A stretch of 64,000 bases of DNA from Gammaproteobacteria bacterium (GCA_021647705.1 JAKIUF010000002.1:137295-201294); one strand, 5' to 3'; shown: positions 8,651-19,347, numbered from the stretch's first letter. Notes: generated from the sequence alone by a model not told the origin. A program made the numbers and translations.

Positions 8651-9358
8651 ATGAAAATACTCATCGCCGAAAACAATTCAGCCGCTCGCATGCACCATCG
8701 GGAGCGGTTAGTCAGTTGGGGGTATGATTTTGATCTGGCTGCCAACGGCAAAGAGGCCATTGATTTTTTTCATAAAAATGGAGCACGTTACGATCTTTGT
8801 CTGATGACTGTGAACCTGCCAGCAATGGAGGGTATCAAGGCCATTCGGGCGATCAGGAAAGGGGCGGGTTATCTCCCGGTTATCGCCTGTAGTACAAATT
8901 CGAACTATAAGGCGTGTTGCCTGGAGGCGGGTGCCGATGATTTTTTGGTGAAGCCTTTTGTCTCTGAGAGTTTGAAGGAAAAGCTGGAGGAATTTTCGGT
9001 AAAGCAGGTTGTGCTTTATCTGGAGCGTGAGCGCTTGTCATTACATACGGTTGGCCCTGTCAACCGTGCAGAGCTGAATGAGTTGAGGGCGCTGGATCAA
9101 AAGGGGTTGACGAAATTTATGATTGCGGATGTTTCTTGCCATTTTGTTGCGCAGGGTGCGCGGCATAAGTTGTTTGATGATTTTAATAATGGTGATTCGG
9201 TGTTTACTGAAATACTGGACCGCACTCGGCACGAGCATAGTATTGTGCAGATTCATGCATCACAAATATCGGTGCGAAAAGTGGGGCTGACTCCTGAGCA
9301 TTTTCAGCAGTTGGTTGAGAAGGAGAATGAGATGTTGAAAAAGTATGAGGAGCCTTAA
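8651..9358 (+). CDS. Response-regulator receiver-domain protein with degenerate phospho-acceptor region and an unknown C-terminal domain
   Basis: CheY-like fold (MKILIAENN..); the conserved Asp position reads LCLMTVNLPAMEG, so it may be a pseudo-receiver; no recognisable DNA-binding output. Confidence 0.5.
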   Translation: MKILIAENNSAARMHHRERLVSWGYDFDLAANGKEAIDFFHKNGARYDLCLMTVNLPAMEGIKAIRAIRKGAGYLPVIACSTNSNYKACCLEAGADDFLVKPFVSESLKEKLEEFSVKQVVLYLERERLSLHTVGPVNRAELNELRALDQKGLTKFMIADVSCHFVAQGARHKLFDDFNNGDSVFTEILDRTRHEHSIVQIHASQISVRKVGLTPEHFQQLVEKENEMLKKYEEP

Positions 9359-9556
9359 AAATGAATCAAGCGTTGAGTCTGATCGGTGTTTTCCGCGTGG
9401 GCACTATAAAGGCGTGCCCACCCTACGGCTAAACTAAAGCCTGTAGGTTTAAATTTCTGGGTTCCGGCTAAGACCATACGGAATGACGGGTTTTTTTCAG
9501 GGGGTTGTGGAGGGTTTGGCCTTGGGCGTTGAAACAGCCTTTCTGAGTTTCACGGT

Positions 9557-12500
9557 TCAGGCTGTTTTCACTTCTCTGTTTTTTGCATCTTCACCAATGC
9601 GTAGCAGGCTTGGTAATAGTATCAGTGTAAACACGGTGCTTACACTCATGCCGCCGACGATGACGGCAGCAAGCCCGCGATAGAGTTCTGTGCCAGCACC
9701 GGGTATCAGCAGTAGTGGCAGCATGCCAAAGATACTGGTGAGTGTGCTCATGAGGATGGGGCGTAACCGCAAGTGTACGGCTTGATTCACTGCGTCACGA
9801 CGTTTTAATCCTTCACGTTCGGCGGTGCGTGTTTGGTACACGAGCAAAATGGCGTTGTTGACCACCAGCCCCAGCAAAATAATAAAGCCAATCATGGTGA
9901 GCAGGTCCATGTGCTGGGTGGTGAACAGGTTGACAATGTGCAAGGCCAGTACGCCGCCGACAGTGGCCAGCGGTATGGCCAGAATCACCAGCAGGCTGTC
10001 GCGGAAGGAGCGGAATAATGCGCTCATTAATAAATACAAAATAGCGATGGCCAGCAGGAAGCTTGCGCTCATGCTTTTCAGGGCGAGGTCCAGTTTTTCT
10101 GCGGTGCCGCTGTAGTGAATTTCGCCGTCTTCCGGTAACAGTGGTTCAATTTTTGGGTTCACCTCTTCTTTGAGCACCAGCATGGTTTGTTCCAGCGACA
10201 TGCCTTCCGGGGCTTTGACTTCCAGGGTGATGGTGCGCCGACGATTGAGGCGGCGGATTTCGTCAGGCCCGGCGGTGCGCACGACTTCTGTCAGTTCACT
10301 TAACGGGAGTACGCCACTGTTGGGGGTTGCCAAGGGTATGGCGGCCAGTTCTTCGGGGGTTTGCCAGTCTTGTCCACGCAGGATGATGTCCAGTCGTTGT
10401 TGGCCGTCAAAATAATCGCCCACAAACAGGCCGTCTCCTAATGCGCGAATAATTTGCGACACATCACTGCGTGCCCAGCCTGCTTCGCTGATACGGCGCT
10501 CATCCGGCAGTAGTCGCAATTCCGGTTCGGCAAGGCTGAGTCCGGGGCGCGGGCGTGGTGGACGTCCGGGAATGGTTTGCATCACGGCGGAAAAACCGGC
10601 CTGTGCCGAGTCGAGTAATGCGTCGATGTTTGAGCCCTGGATGTCGATGTCTACGGTACGACCACCACCAAAACCACCGAACAGCGAAGAGCGCTGGGCA
10701 AAGGCGATGGTGTCCGGGAAGCTGCCGATGAGCCGGTTGATTAGTGGCACCAGTTCGTCGGATTTGTCCGGGTCTATGGTGCGTGCGCCCATAAACACGC
10801 CCGAGCCGAAGGCGACGAAGAAGTAGTTGTCCACGGCGGGTTCGGCTGTGCCGTCAACGTAGGGTTGCATGCGTTGCGCGACGACCTGACCCAGTTCTTT
10901 TTCCAGTGTATCTACGCTGCTGCCGGGGGGTGGCAGGATAAATGCAAATACCAGATTGCGATTGCCGTTGGGCAGGAAATCCGCTTCAGGTTTGAGCCAT
11001 ACTGCGAGCATTAGGGGGAGGGTGATCAGGCCGAGAATCCATAATGCGCGCCGCCGGGGGGTGTCGGTGAGGCGCATGACAAAATTGCTGCCTGCATCCC
11101 ACCAGTGGGCATGCGGGTCGTGCATGTTGATGTTGCGTAACCAGGTGGACGCTGCTGCGGGCAATACGGTGACGGCCACTAGCAGCGATATGCTCACGGT
11201 GGCAGCAATGGTTAATGCCAGATCAGCAAACAGTTGTCCTGCTTCGTCTTTTAAAAAGACGATGGGTAAAAAGATGGCAACGGTGGTGGCGGTGGAGGCC
11301 AGTAACGCGCCCCATACTTTGCGGGTGCCTTCGTCGGCGGCCTCTGCGCTGGACATGCCGCGTTCACGCAGGCGCACGATGCTTTCCAGTACCACGATGG
11401 CAGCATCCAGCACCATGCCCACGGCAAAAGCTAGGCCCGCCAGCGAAATAACATTGAGGGTGCGGCCTGTCGCATCCAGCAACATGAAGGTGGACACCAC
11501 GCAGATGGGAATGGCAACGGCTACCATTAGCGTGGCGCGGAATTTGCGGAAGAACCACCACAGTACGCCCACGGCAAGCAATATGCCTAACAGCAGGTTG
11601 TTGGATACCATGTTAATGGAGCGGTCGATGTAACGGGTTTCATCGTAAACCTGTTCAAAGCTTAAACCGGCGCGCTTTAGCGAACCTTCGCGCAGTTCTT
11701 CGGCGGCCTGACGCAGGCCTGCCATCACTTCCAATACGTTGACACCGGTTTCGCGGTGCGCGTTAACCGCCATTGCTGCCTGGCCGTTTTGAATCACAAA
11801 GCCGGTACGGTCCACCATGCGTACGTCGATGTCAGCGACATCACGCAAATACACCGGTTGGCCTTCACGCCATTCCAGTACCATTTCGCCCAGGTCATCC
11901 ACGTTGTACTGTCCGGCAAAGCGCAGGGTGTAACGGCGTTTGCCCACGTCGGCAAAGCCGCCTGAGGTATTTTTTGCACCACCGGCCAGTTGCGCGACTC
12001 TGGGCAGTTCGATGCCCAGACTGGCTGCCTTGTACGGATCAAAGGTGATGCGCAGTTCACTTTCGCGCCCGCCGCGTACTTCGGACATGGCAACGCCGGG
12101 TATCCGTTCGAAGCGTGTTTGTACGACTTCTTCGACATAATTTTGATAGCTGGCGACATCACGGTCATTGCCTGCTACCGGTTTAAGAATAAACCAGGCT
12201 ATTGCACGGGAGCGGCCACCGATGGAATTGATGACAGGCTCGTTGGCATCAGCAGGGTAACGTTGCACACGATTGAGGCGCGATAACACTTCCAGCAGCG
12301 CACGACGCAGATCCGTACCCACCTGAAAGGTGAGGGTAATGCTGCCACGCCCGCGTTGCGCACGGGCAAGAATTTTGGTCATGCCCGGCAGACCGCGTAA
12401 TACGTCTTCCTGCGGTTCCACAATTTCCGATTCCACCTCTTCCGGTGCAGCGGCACGCCAGACGGTGGTGATGGTGATTTCGGGGAGTTCGACTTCGGGG

Positions 12501-12610
12501 GTCAGTTGAACCGGCAGGCGATCCAGACTGATCAGGCCGAACATGATGGCCAGTAATACGCCCACCACTACCGCGACGGGATTGCCAAGTCCAAGACGGG
12601 TGAGTTTCAT
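9557..12610 (-). CDS. RND-family efflux transporter permease (AcrB/HAE-like), 1017 aa
   Basis: 12 TM-type architecture; AcrB-like N-terminus MKLTRLGLGNPVAVVVGVLLAIMFGLISL; large periplasmic loops. Confidence 0.85.
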   Translation of the reverse strand: MKLTRLGLGNPVAVVVGVLLAIMFGLISLDRLPVQLTPEVELPEITITTVWRAAAPEEVESEIVEPQEDVLRGLPGMTKILARAQRGRGSITLTFQVGTDLRRALLEVLSRLNRVQRYPADANEPVINSIGGRSRAIAWFILKPVAGNDRDVASYQNYVEEVVQTRFERIPGVAMSEVRGGRESELRITFDPYKAASLGIELPRVAQLAGGAKNTSGGFADVGKRRYTLRFAGQYNVDDLGEMVLEWREGQPVYLRDVADIDVRMVDRTGFVIQNGQAAMAVNAHRETGVNVLEVMAGLRQAAEELREGSLKRAGLSFEQVYDETRYIDRSINMVSNNLLLGILLAVGVLWWFFRKFRATLMVAVAIPICVVSTFMLLDATGRTLNVISLAGLAFAVGMVLDAAIVVLESIVRLRERGMSSAEAADEGTRKVWGALLASTATTVAIFLPIVFLKDEAGQLFADLALTIAATVSISLLVAVTVLPAAASTWLRNINMHDPHAHWWDAGSNFVMRLTDTPRRRALWILGLITLPLMLAVWLKPEADFLPNGNRNLVFAFILPPPGSSVDTLEKELGQVVAQRMQPYVDGTAEPAVDNYFFVAFGSGVFMGARTIDPDKSDELVPLINRLIGSFPDTIAFAQRSSLFGGFGGGRTVDIDIQGSNIDALLDSAQAGFSAVMQTIPGRPPRPRPGLSLAEPELRLLPDERRISEAGWARSDVSQIIRALGDGLFVGDYFDGQQRLDIILRGQDWQTPEELAAIPLATPNSGVLPLSELTEVVRTAGPDEIRRLNRRRTITLEVKAPEGMSLEQTMLVLKEEVNPKIEPLLPEDGEIHYSGTAEKLDLALKSMSASFLLAIAILYLLMSALFRSFRDSLLVILAIPLATVGGVLALHIVNLFTTQHMDLLTMIGFIILLGLVVNNAILLVYQTRTAEREGLKRRDAVNQAVHLRLRPILMSTLTSIFGMLPLLLIPGAGTELYRGLAAVIVGGMSVSTVFTLILLPSLLRIGEDAKNREVKTA

Positions 12611-12718
12611 GGCTGCCTACTTTTTAAGAGTAGGGTGGGCAGGTTTTTCATGCCCACGCGGAATGAGACCACTGCAATCCGGTGCCACAAACGCGTGGGC
12701 ACACAAAACGTGCCCACC

Positions 12719-13795
12719 CTACGGAGTTTCATTCAGAATCTTCACTGTGCTGCCGGGGCGTAACCGTTCACCTCCACGCACCACTACCTTGTCTCCGACG
12801 TTCAGTTCGCCGGCCACGGCCACTAGCGGACCACTGGCAACACCTGGTTTTACCGCGATACGTTGTGCCTTGTTTTCTGCGGTAATACGAAATACAAAGG
12901 CACCGTCACGGCGCAATACCAATGCATCACGCGGCACAGCCAACACGGTTTTTGCTGTCGCCACGGGCAAGGCAACCCGTACTGTTTGTCCGGCTGTCCA
13001 GACATCGTCATCCAGGCTGATACGCAGATCAAGCAAACGTGAACGTGCATTACCGGCGGCGACCAGAGCACGTACCGGTGCATTGATTTCCTGGTCATTG
13101 ATTTTTAATGTAAGCGCATCACCCTCACGCACAAAATCCAGTGTTTCCAATGGTACCCATGCCTGTACTTCCAGCGCCCGGCTATCGATGACTCTTGCCA
13201 CATTGTCACCCACGGCCACACGTTCGCCACGGCGCATCAAACGTTCCACCACGACACCTGTAAATGGCGAACGAATCACATGCCGACGTAGTTCTTCCTG
13301 TGCTTGTTTAAGTCGTACCTGTGATATCTGCAATTCGCTACGGGCGACTTCCCTGTCAGCACGCAACTCGTCCAGACGGGTTTGTGCAGCATTATTTTGT
13401 GTGGCCAGACGTTCATTACGCCGCACTTCACTTTTGAGAAATGCCAGGCGCGCCCGGTCGGCTTCAACCCGTGCCTGAAGTTCTTCTATTTTCAATTTGA
13501 CAAAAGTCGGGTCGATCCGCGCCACGACATCGCCTTCTTTTACCCGGGTACCCACTTCTTTCACCAGCACCAGTCTACCTGCCACTTCTGCCGCCAGTCG
13601 TGCTTCATGGCGACTGATTACCGTACCGGCCACCCAGGTTTGTGGGGCCATTAACACTTGTTTTGCTTCGGCGACTTTAACGGGTGAGCTGCGACCACCT
13701 TCCGGTGCGGCCATACCTGAACTGGCGAACACAACAATGCCCACACATAGCGTGCCAATTAAAATACGCGAAATTTTGATATAAAAAGAGTGCAT
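12719..13795 (-). CDS. RND efflux periplasmic adaptor (membrane fusion protein)
   Basis: Signal/TM N-terminus, coiled-coil hairpin (RARLAFLKSEVRRNERLATQ..), beta-barrel C-terminus; immediately upstream of the RND pump. Confidence 0.8.
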   Translation of the reverse strand: MHSFYIKISRILIGTLCVGIVVFASSGMAAPEGGRSSPVKVAEAKQVLMAPQTWVAGTVISRHEARLAAEVAGRLVLVKEVGTRVKEGDVVARIDPTFVKLKIEELQARVEADRARLAFLKSEVRRNERLATQNNAAQTRLDELRADREVARSELQISQVRLKQAQEELRRHVIRSPFTGVVVERLMRRGERVAVGDNVARVIDSRALEVQAWVPLETLDFVREGDALTLKINDQEINAPVRALVAAGNARSRLLDLRISLDDDVWTAGQTVRVALPVATAKTVLAVPRDALVLRRDGAFVFRITAENKAQRIAVKPGVASGPLVAVAGELNVGDKVVVRGGERLRPGSTVKILNETP

Positions 13796-13823
13796 GATTT
13801 TTTATCGTTCGACTTATTATTAC

Positions 13824-14345
13824 TTAATTTGTTTGTTTTGGCTTCACGTTATCATCTTCAGTGACATCCGTTTCCCACGGCGTAATTTTGTGGCCATTGA
13901 GCTGAATGTCTCCACCTGTTACTGGCAGCAAAAAAGTCAGCACATGATGCAGGCGTTTATTACCGGTATGCACGGTCTCGTATTCAAGCATATAAAACTT
14001 GCCGGAAAAACGTGTGTCGGCCTGACTGCGTCGTAGATGGTGCGTTCGCATGGGGCCGCGTTCGGCCATCAGTGTTTTCAGGTTTTCCAACCATTGCTCC
14101 GGGGAGCGTTTGGCAAAAAAAGCGCTGTTGTATTGTTTGATGACAAGTTCATCGTCACCATTTTGTATGGCATCAAACAACTTGCCGGACAGTGCTTCTA
14201 TAGCAGGGTTGGTAGAAACATTGAGGGAGCGCTTTTCACCTTCGTCGCAGGCCGTCAACGTCAATAATAGCAGTAGAACCAAAGCCGGGCTCCACCGGAG
14301 CCCTTCATTTTTATGTAACAAAAACATGATATTTACTGTGCTCAT
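13824..14345 (-). CDS. Hypothetical lipoprotein (lipobox LTAC); start uncertain
   Basis: LLLLLTLTACDEG lipobox after a hydrophobic leader; no recognisable domain. Confidence 0.4.
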   Translation of the reverse strand: MSTVNIMFLLHKNEGLRWSPALVLLLLLTLTACDEGEKRSLNVSTNPAIEALSGKLFDAIQNGDDELVIKQYNSAFFAKRSPEQWLENLKTLMAERGPMRTHHLRRSQADTRFSGKFYMLEYETVHTGNKRLHHVLTFLLPVTGGDIQLNGHKITPWETDVTEDDNVKPKQTN

Positions 14346-14487
14346 TGCGATTGAAAAAAACGAGGTTAAGATTAACACATGAATCTGCGTAACAACGACG
14401 GTATTGATCGTCAATTTAAATGCGAATTAAGGGCTAAATTAAATCGTTCGGTTTTCGGCGTATGCAGCGGCGTTTGGGTAATGAAAA

Positions 14488-14679
14488 CCCACCGCAAAGG
14501 CGTGGAGACGCAGAGAGCGCAAAGGATAAGAGAATAATGGGTAAGGCGATATCGCTTTGCGTTCTCTGCGTCTCCGCGCCTTTGCGTTAGATTTTAGGGT
14601 TCTGTCACTTGTGACCCGGGAACGGCCTGTCTTGCTGAATGTAAACCAATGATTTTATTCGTTTGGGTGTTTTTCGCGC
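14488..14679. repeat. REP-like palindromic intergenic repeat, copy A (CGCAAAGGCGNGGAGACGCAGAG family); its end supplies the comM stop codon
   Basis: Inverted repeat ccgcaaaggcgtggagacgcagagagcgcaaagg .. ctttgcgttctctgcgtctccgcgcctttgcg; terminal ..TTTTTCGCGCTTAATTCAC shared with copies B and D. Confidence 0.6.
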
Positions 14680-16200
14680 TTAATTCACCGTTGACGGTGT
14701 GCGATCCAGTCGTCGATAGGCGATGGCTTCGGTGAGGTGGGCTGTAGCGATATCTTTTTCACCGGCAAGGTCGGCTGCTGTGCGAGCTACTTTGAGAATG
14801 CGATGATAGGCACGGGCAGACAGCCCCAGCCGGTCGATAGCCTGTTCCAGTAAATGGCTGTCTGCATCGTTAATGCGACAATATTGCTGTACGTCACGAT
14901 TCTTTAACAGAGCATTGGCTTTGCCGCTGCGCGCGATTTGTCGGCCTCGTGCCGCTTCGACACGCTGGCGTACTGTTGCAGAATTTTCACCGGTTTCTTC
15001 TGAAGGCGCGCGTAATATGGCTTGCGGTACATTGGGCACTTCCACATGCATATCAATGCGGTCCAGCAGGGGGCCGGAGATTTTGGCACGGTAACGCTGT
15101 ACCTGTTCGGCGGTGCAATGACAGCGACCATTGCTGTGGCCGAGGTAGCCACAGGGGCAAGGGTTCATTGCCGCCACCAGTTGAAAACGTGCAGGGAATT
15201 CCGCCTGCCGTGCTGCACGGGAGATGGTGATGCGGCCTGATTCCAAGGGTTCGCGCAGCACCTCCAACACTTTGCGGTCAAACTCTGGCAGTTCATCCAA
15301 AAATAAAATGCCATGATCCGCCAGAGAAATTTCTCCAGGTCGTGGATTGCTGCCGCCTCCCACTAAAGCCACGCCGGAAGCTGTGTGATGAGGTGTACGG
15401 AACGGTCGCTGCCGCCACTGCTCCACGCTAAACCCCCGCTCACTGATGGAAGCCACTGCCGCGGCTTCCAATGCTTCGTCTTCATTCATGATGGGCAGAA
15501 TACCGGGCAAACGACTGGCGAGCATGGTTTTGCCGGTGCCCGGTGGGCCTATCATCAGCAAACTGTGTCCTCCGGCGGCCGCCACTTCCAGAGCACGTTT
15601 GGCGTGGTGTTGGCCGCGCACCTCGTCGAGGTCGTCTAATGAAGAGTCGCTGTTTATCTGCGCCTGCCGTGGCACCGGACTCAGCTGCTTAATGTCATTG
15701 ATGTGAGCGCATACTTCCAGTAAATGTGCTGCTGCCAATACTTCTATCCCATCCACCAGGCTGGCTTCGGCGGCATTTTCCTGTGGCACAATTAAAATGC
15801 GCCCGGCATCGCGGGCGGCAATGGCGGCGGGCAACACGCCGCGCAAGGGACGCAATGCACCACTTAGCGCCAACTCGCCCACAAATTCGTAACGTGACAG
15901 GGTATCGGCAGACAGTTGGCGGCTCGCGGCAAGAATGCCCAGCGCAATGGGCAGATCAAAACGCCCGCCTTCTTTGGGCAGATCGGCAGGCGCGAGATTG
16001 ATAGTGATGCGTTGCCTCGGAAATTTGAACTGCGAATTAAGCACAGCGCCACGCACCCGGTCCTTACTTTCTTTTACCGCTGCCTCGGGCAGGCCAACGA
16101 TGGACAGGCTGGGCAAACCATTGGAAAGATGGACCTCGACGGTGACCAGAGGGGATTCAATGCCCGATTGGGCCCGGCTGTAAGCCGTTGCGAGTGACAT
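14680..16200 (-). CDS. comM: Mg-chelatase-like AAA+ ATPase ComM/YifB
   Basis: N-terminal Lon-protease-like domain, Walker A GPPGTGKT, ChlI/MCM-like core, C-terminal Mg-chelatase domain. Confidence 0.9.
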   Translation of the reverse strand: MSLATAYSRAQSGIESPLVTVEVHLSNGLPSLSIVGLPEAAVKESKDRVRGAVLNSQFKFPRQRITINLAPADLPKEGGRFDLPIALGILAASRQLSADTLSRYEFVGELALSGALRPLRGVLPAAIAARDAGRILIVPQENAAEASLVDGIEVLAAAHLLEVCAHINDIKQLSPVPRQAQINSDSSLDDLDEVRGQHHAKRALEVAAAGGHSLLMIGPPGTGKTMLASRLPGILPIMNEDEALEAAAVASISERGFSVEQWRQRPFRTPHHTASGVALVGGGSNPRPGEISLADHGILFLDELPEFDRKVLEVLREPLESGRITISRAARQAEFPARFQLVAAMNPCPCGYLGHSNGRCHCTAEQVQRYRAKISGPLLDRIDMHVEVPNVPQAILRAPSEETGENSATVRQRVEAARGRQIARSGKANALLKNRDVQQYCRINDADSHLLEQAIDRLGLSARAYHRILKVARTAADLAGEKDIATAHLTEAIAYRRLDRTPSTVN

Positions 16201-16374
16201 GGTGCTCCTTGCCTGTTGTTTTGTCCGAAATCCATTCGGAAGAGATTATATGCTGTTGATGTAAAGAATGTACGCTTCGTTGCCGCTGAAAACATGCTTG
16301 AGTGTTGTGAATGCAACAAAATTTGCTACTATTAAAACATGCTTCGTGATAATCATTACATTTGAGGTGCATGC

Positions 16375-16767
16375 ATGTCAGTCACTCAACCCTCTGAAAC
16401 ACACACAATAGACCGGGCAGAACTGGCAAAAATGGTCACGACTTTATTTGCTCACTGGCAGCTTTCTACCGAAGAGCAATTGGCCTTGTTAGGGCTTTCT
16501 ATTGCTAATCGTGCTGCCTTGGCTAGATACCGCAAAGGGCTGCCGCTTGCTCAGAGCCGTGATTTGCTGGATCGGGTGGGCATTCTGCTGGGTATCCATA
16601 AATCACTGCGTCTGCTGTTTCCACACAACCGGGAGCTTGCCTACGCCTGGATGACGCAGCACAACAAAGCCTTCGAGGGAATGACACCTGCTGAAACGAT
16701 TAAACAATGGGGATTCAATGGCCTGTTTATGGTGCGTGCCTATCTGGACAGAGCGCGAGGTCAGTAA
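16375..16767 (+). CDS. Xre-like DUF2384 antitoxin (ParS/MbcA-type) of the RES toxin
   Basis: 130 aa; stop overlaps the RES gene start (TAATG); typical partner architecture. Confidence 0.6.
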   Translation: MSVTQPSETHTIDRAELAKMVTTLFAHWQLSTEEQLALLGLSIANRAALARYRKGLPLAQSRDLLDRVGILLGIHKSLRLLFPHNRELAYAWMTQHNKAFEGMTPAETIKQWGFNGLFMVRAYLDRARGQ

Positions 16768-17492
16768 TGCAGGCATTGTTTGACGGCATCACGATAACGG
16801 ATTTTCATGATGACCTTCACCGCAATATCGTGTCTTTGCGGGAATCCGAAAACCTGTTTGATGACTTGACCGACTCTCCTGAAGGCTGGCAATCAGCTAT
16901 TGCGCTTGAAGTGAAAACAAAGCCACATACGCATGTATCGCAGCGGCCTGTTATTGACCGGCCTTTCGAGGAGGCCGTCTATAACGAAGCCATCGATTAT
17001 CCCTTTGAAAACTGGTTAAACACACGCTATTCCAATGGATCATTTGGTGTCTGGTACGGCACAGATTCACTGGAAACCAGTATTCATGAAACGGTGCATC
17101 ATTGGCGTCACGGTTTATTGCATGATGCAGGCTGGCAGAACCTGGAAGGTGTGAGTATCGAACGCAAGGTATATAACGTCCGCTGTGATGCCGCGTTGTT
17201 CAACTTTCTGCCTAAACTTGATGCTTTCCCCGCGCTTATTGACCCGACGGAATATGATTTCACTCATCAGGTTGGTGCGCGTATTTACCATGATGGACAT
17301 CCCGGTCTGGTGAGTCGTTCTGCGCGTTGCGACGGTGATGTTTATGCGATTTTCAATTCACAAGTGTTATCCAACCCTCGGCAAATGTGTTTTTTAACCT
17401 ACCGCATTACATCAGGCTCAGTTATTGTTGAGCGCCAGCCGGGTAAAATATTGTTTCAAATTGGAGCGGGCATGTCAGCCAGATACTATTAA
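16767..17492 (+). CDS. RES-domain toxin (NAD+-targeting ParT/MbcT family)
   Basis: Conserved R..E..S-type motif region RYSNGSFGVWYGTDSLETSIHE; gene pair with upstream Xre-like antitoxin. Confidence 0.6.
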   Translation: MQALFDGITITDFHDDLHRNIVSLRESENLFDDLTDSPEGWQSAIALEVKTKPHTHVSQRPVIDRPFEEAVYNEAIDYPFENWLNTRYSNGSFGVWYGTDSLETSIHETVHHWRHGLLHDAGWQNLEGVSIERKVYNVRCDAALFNFLPKLDAFPALIDPTEYDFTHQVGARIYHDGHPGLVSRSARCDGDVYAIFNSQVLSNPRQMCFLTYRITSGSVIVERQPGKILFQIGAGMSARYY

Positions 17493-17565
17493 CAGGCAGG
17501 GTGGAGGCCCTTCGTAGGGTTTGGATAGAAAGTTCTGATTAATAAATAGCCGCGACGGATAAAAA

Positions 17566-18102
17566 ATGAACAAAATCGTATTAATCTCTAGTGTCATTAT
17601 GCAATTAGTGCTGGTGTCTTGCACTACAGTTTCAAAAGATAGTTGTTCGCAGAAAAACTGGGAGGAAGTGGGTGAAGCTAATGCGAAAAATGGAAAAACA
17701 GACCTGTCAGTAAACTATTTTGCGAAAAAGTGTAAAAGTCTAGGTGTGCCTCCAAACATTGAAAGCTTTAATAAAGGCGTAAAAAAAGGTTTAATTTCTT
17801 ACTGTTCAAACGAAAAAGCATATGAATTCGGTGTTAGAAATTTAATTTATGATTTACAGTTATGTCAAAATGATAATTATAAGGCTTTATCTACAGAATA
17901 TTATCGTGGTTTGATCGAGTTTCGTGCGGAAATTAGGGGAGATATAAAAAATAATTTATTGCGCAATAATAATGAAATTAAAGAAACTTTAAGGGAGATT
18001 GAGCGCATGATCGGCCCTGAAGAATTGATTGTAAGAGAAAAAATAGAATCGATAAGGGATCTCATAAAGGAACAAGAGCGATATGTGAACGATAAGCTTT
18101 AG
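17566..18102 (+). CDS. Hypothetical lipoprotein (AT-rich, likely horizontally acquired)
   Basis: Signal peptide with LVSC lipobox; local GC far below the surrounding core. Confidence 0.5.
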   Translation: MNKIVLISSVIMQLVLVSCTTVSKDSCSQKNWEEVGEANAKNGKTDLSVNYFAKKCKSLGVPPNIESFNKGVKKGLISYCSNEKAYEFGVRNLIYDLQLCQNDNYKALSTEYYRGLIEFRAEIRGDIKNNLLRNNNEIKETLREIERMIGPEELIVREKIESIRDLIKEQERYVNDKL

Positions 18103-18153
18103 TCGTTCTAACAAAAAAACCAATCACCATTGACCTATGTGATCTGGGCAACC

Positions 18154-19347
18154 TCAAATGTGATGTTGTTTGGCAATGATGTTGATTAGTTGTCGTCCAA
18201 GCACAAATTTTGATGCCGTCGTTAATTGCTGTTTGTTTTCCGTAGTAAGAATCAGTAGCGCATTCTCATCCGCCTCAAAGGCAATGCCTTCTCCCACCCA
18301 ATTTGCGGCAATCATATCAACCCCTTTTCGTTCCAGTTTTTCCCGTGCGTGTTGTTCGAGATCTTCTGTTTCGGCGGCGAAACCAACAGTAAAGGGAGCA
18401 TTTTTTAATGCAGCGACAGTGGCAAGGATGTCGGGGTTACGTTGTAGTTCCAGAGTGAGAGTATCTCCGGTTTTTTTGATTTTTTGTTCGGCAATATTGA
18501 TCGGGCGATAATCGGCGACAGCAGCGGTACTGATAAAAATGTCACTGTTGGTGACGTGTTGCATAACGGCATCAAACATTTGTTGTGCGCTGCGCACGTC
18601 GATACGTTCAACGCGCGGTGGTGTGGCAAGTGCAGTGGGGCCGCTGATCAAAATGACTTTTGCGCCTGCTTCGGCGGCGGCCTGGGCGATGGCGTAGCCC
18701 ATTTTCCCGGAGCTGCGGTTGCTGAGGTAGCGCACGGGGTCGATAGCCTCTTGCGTGGGACCGGCAATAAGTAGTACTGTGCTTCCAGACAGCAATCCGG
18801 TTTCAAAAATGTCGGCGGTGTGTGTCGCAAGCTGGTTTGCTTCCAGCATGCGGCCAGGGCCGGTTTCGCCACAGGCCTGGTCGCCTTCGCCGGGGCCGAA
18901 TTGCAATATGCCACGCTGCCGAAGTTGTTGCAGGTTTTCCTGGGTGGCGGCATTGGCCCACATTTGCTGATTCATGGCCGGGGCGATGGCAATGGTGGAA
19001 TCTGTGGCCAGACAAATGGCTCCCAGCAGGTCGTCTGCACGACCTTGCGCGAGTCGGGCGATAAAATTGGCGCTGGCAGGCGCAACAAGAACAGCATCAG
19101 CCCAGCGCGCCAGTGCGATATGGCCCATGGCGGCTTCGGCTTCTGTGTCCAGCAGATTTGTATGTACGGGGTTTCCCGACAATGCCTGAAAGGTCAGCGG
19201 AGTGACGAATTCGGCTCCGCCTTTGGTGAGTACCACGCGCACGTCAGCTCCGGCATCTTTGAGGCGTCGTACCAGTTCGGCAGATTTGTAGGCGGCAATG
19301 GAGCCGCTGACACCGAGCAGGATATGTTTATTGTTAAGGCTGATCAT
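18154..19347 (-). CDS. coaBC: Bifunctional phosphopantothenoylcysteine decarboxylase/synthetase
   Basis: N-terminal flavoprotein domain (ILLGVSGSIAAYK) and C-terminal DFP/CoaB domain. Confidence 0.9.
   Translation of the reverse strand: MISLNNKHILLGVSGSIAAYKSAELVRRLKDAGADVRVVLTKGGAEFVTPLTFQALSGNPVHTNLLDTEAEAAMGHIALARWADAVLVAPASANFIARLAQGRADDLLGAICLATDSTIAIAPAMNQQMWANAATQENLQQLRQRGILQFGPGEGDQACGETGPGRMLEANQLATHTADIFETGLLSGSTVLLIAGPTQEAIDPVRYLSNRSSGKMGYAIAQAAAEAGAKVILISGPTALATPPRVERIDVRSAQQMFDAVMQHVTNSDIFISTAAVADYRPINIAEQKIKKTGDTLTLELQRNPDILATVAALKNAPFTVGFAAETEDLEQHAREKLERKGVDMIAANWVGEGIAFEADENALLILTTENKQQLTTASKFVLGRQLINIIAKQHHI

Noticed and set aside
10956-11633. 225-aa ORF (+) and several other 60-100-aa ORFs inside 9557-12610
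   Set aside because: They lie antisense to, or out of frame with, the well-supported RND pump gene. Their Ala/Arg/Ser-rich composition is typical of GC-rich antisense artefacts.
12543-13478. 311-aa ORF (+) overlapping the membrane-fusion-protein gene
   Set aside because: Antisense to a clearly conserved MFP gene. The low-complexity Arg/Ser/Thr-rich translation has no motifs.
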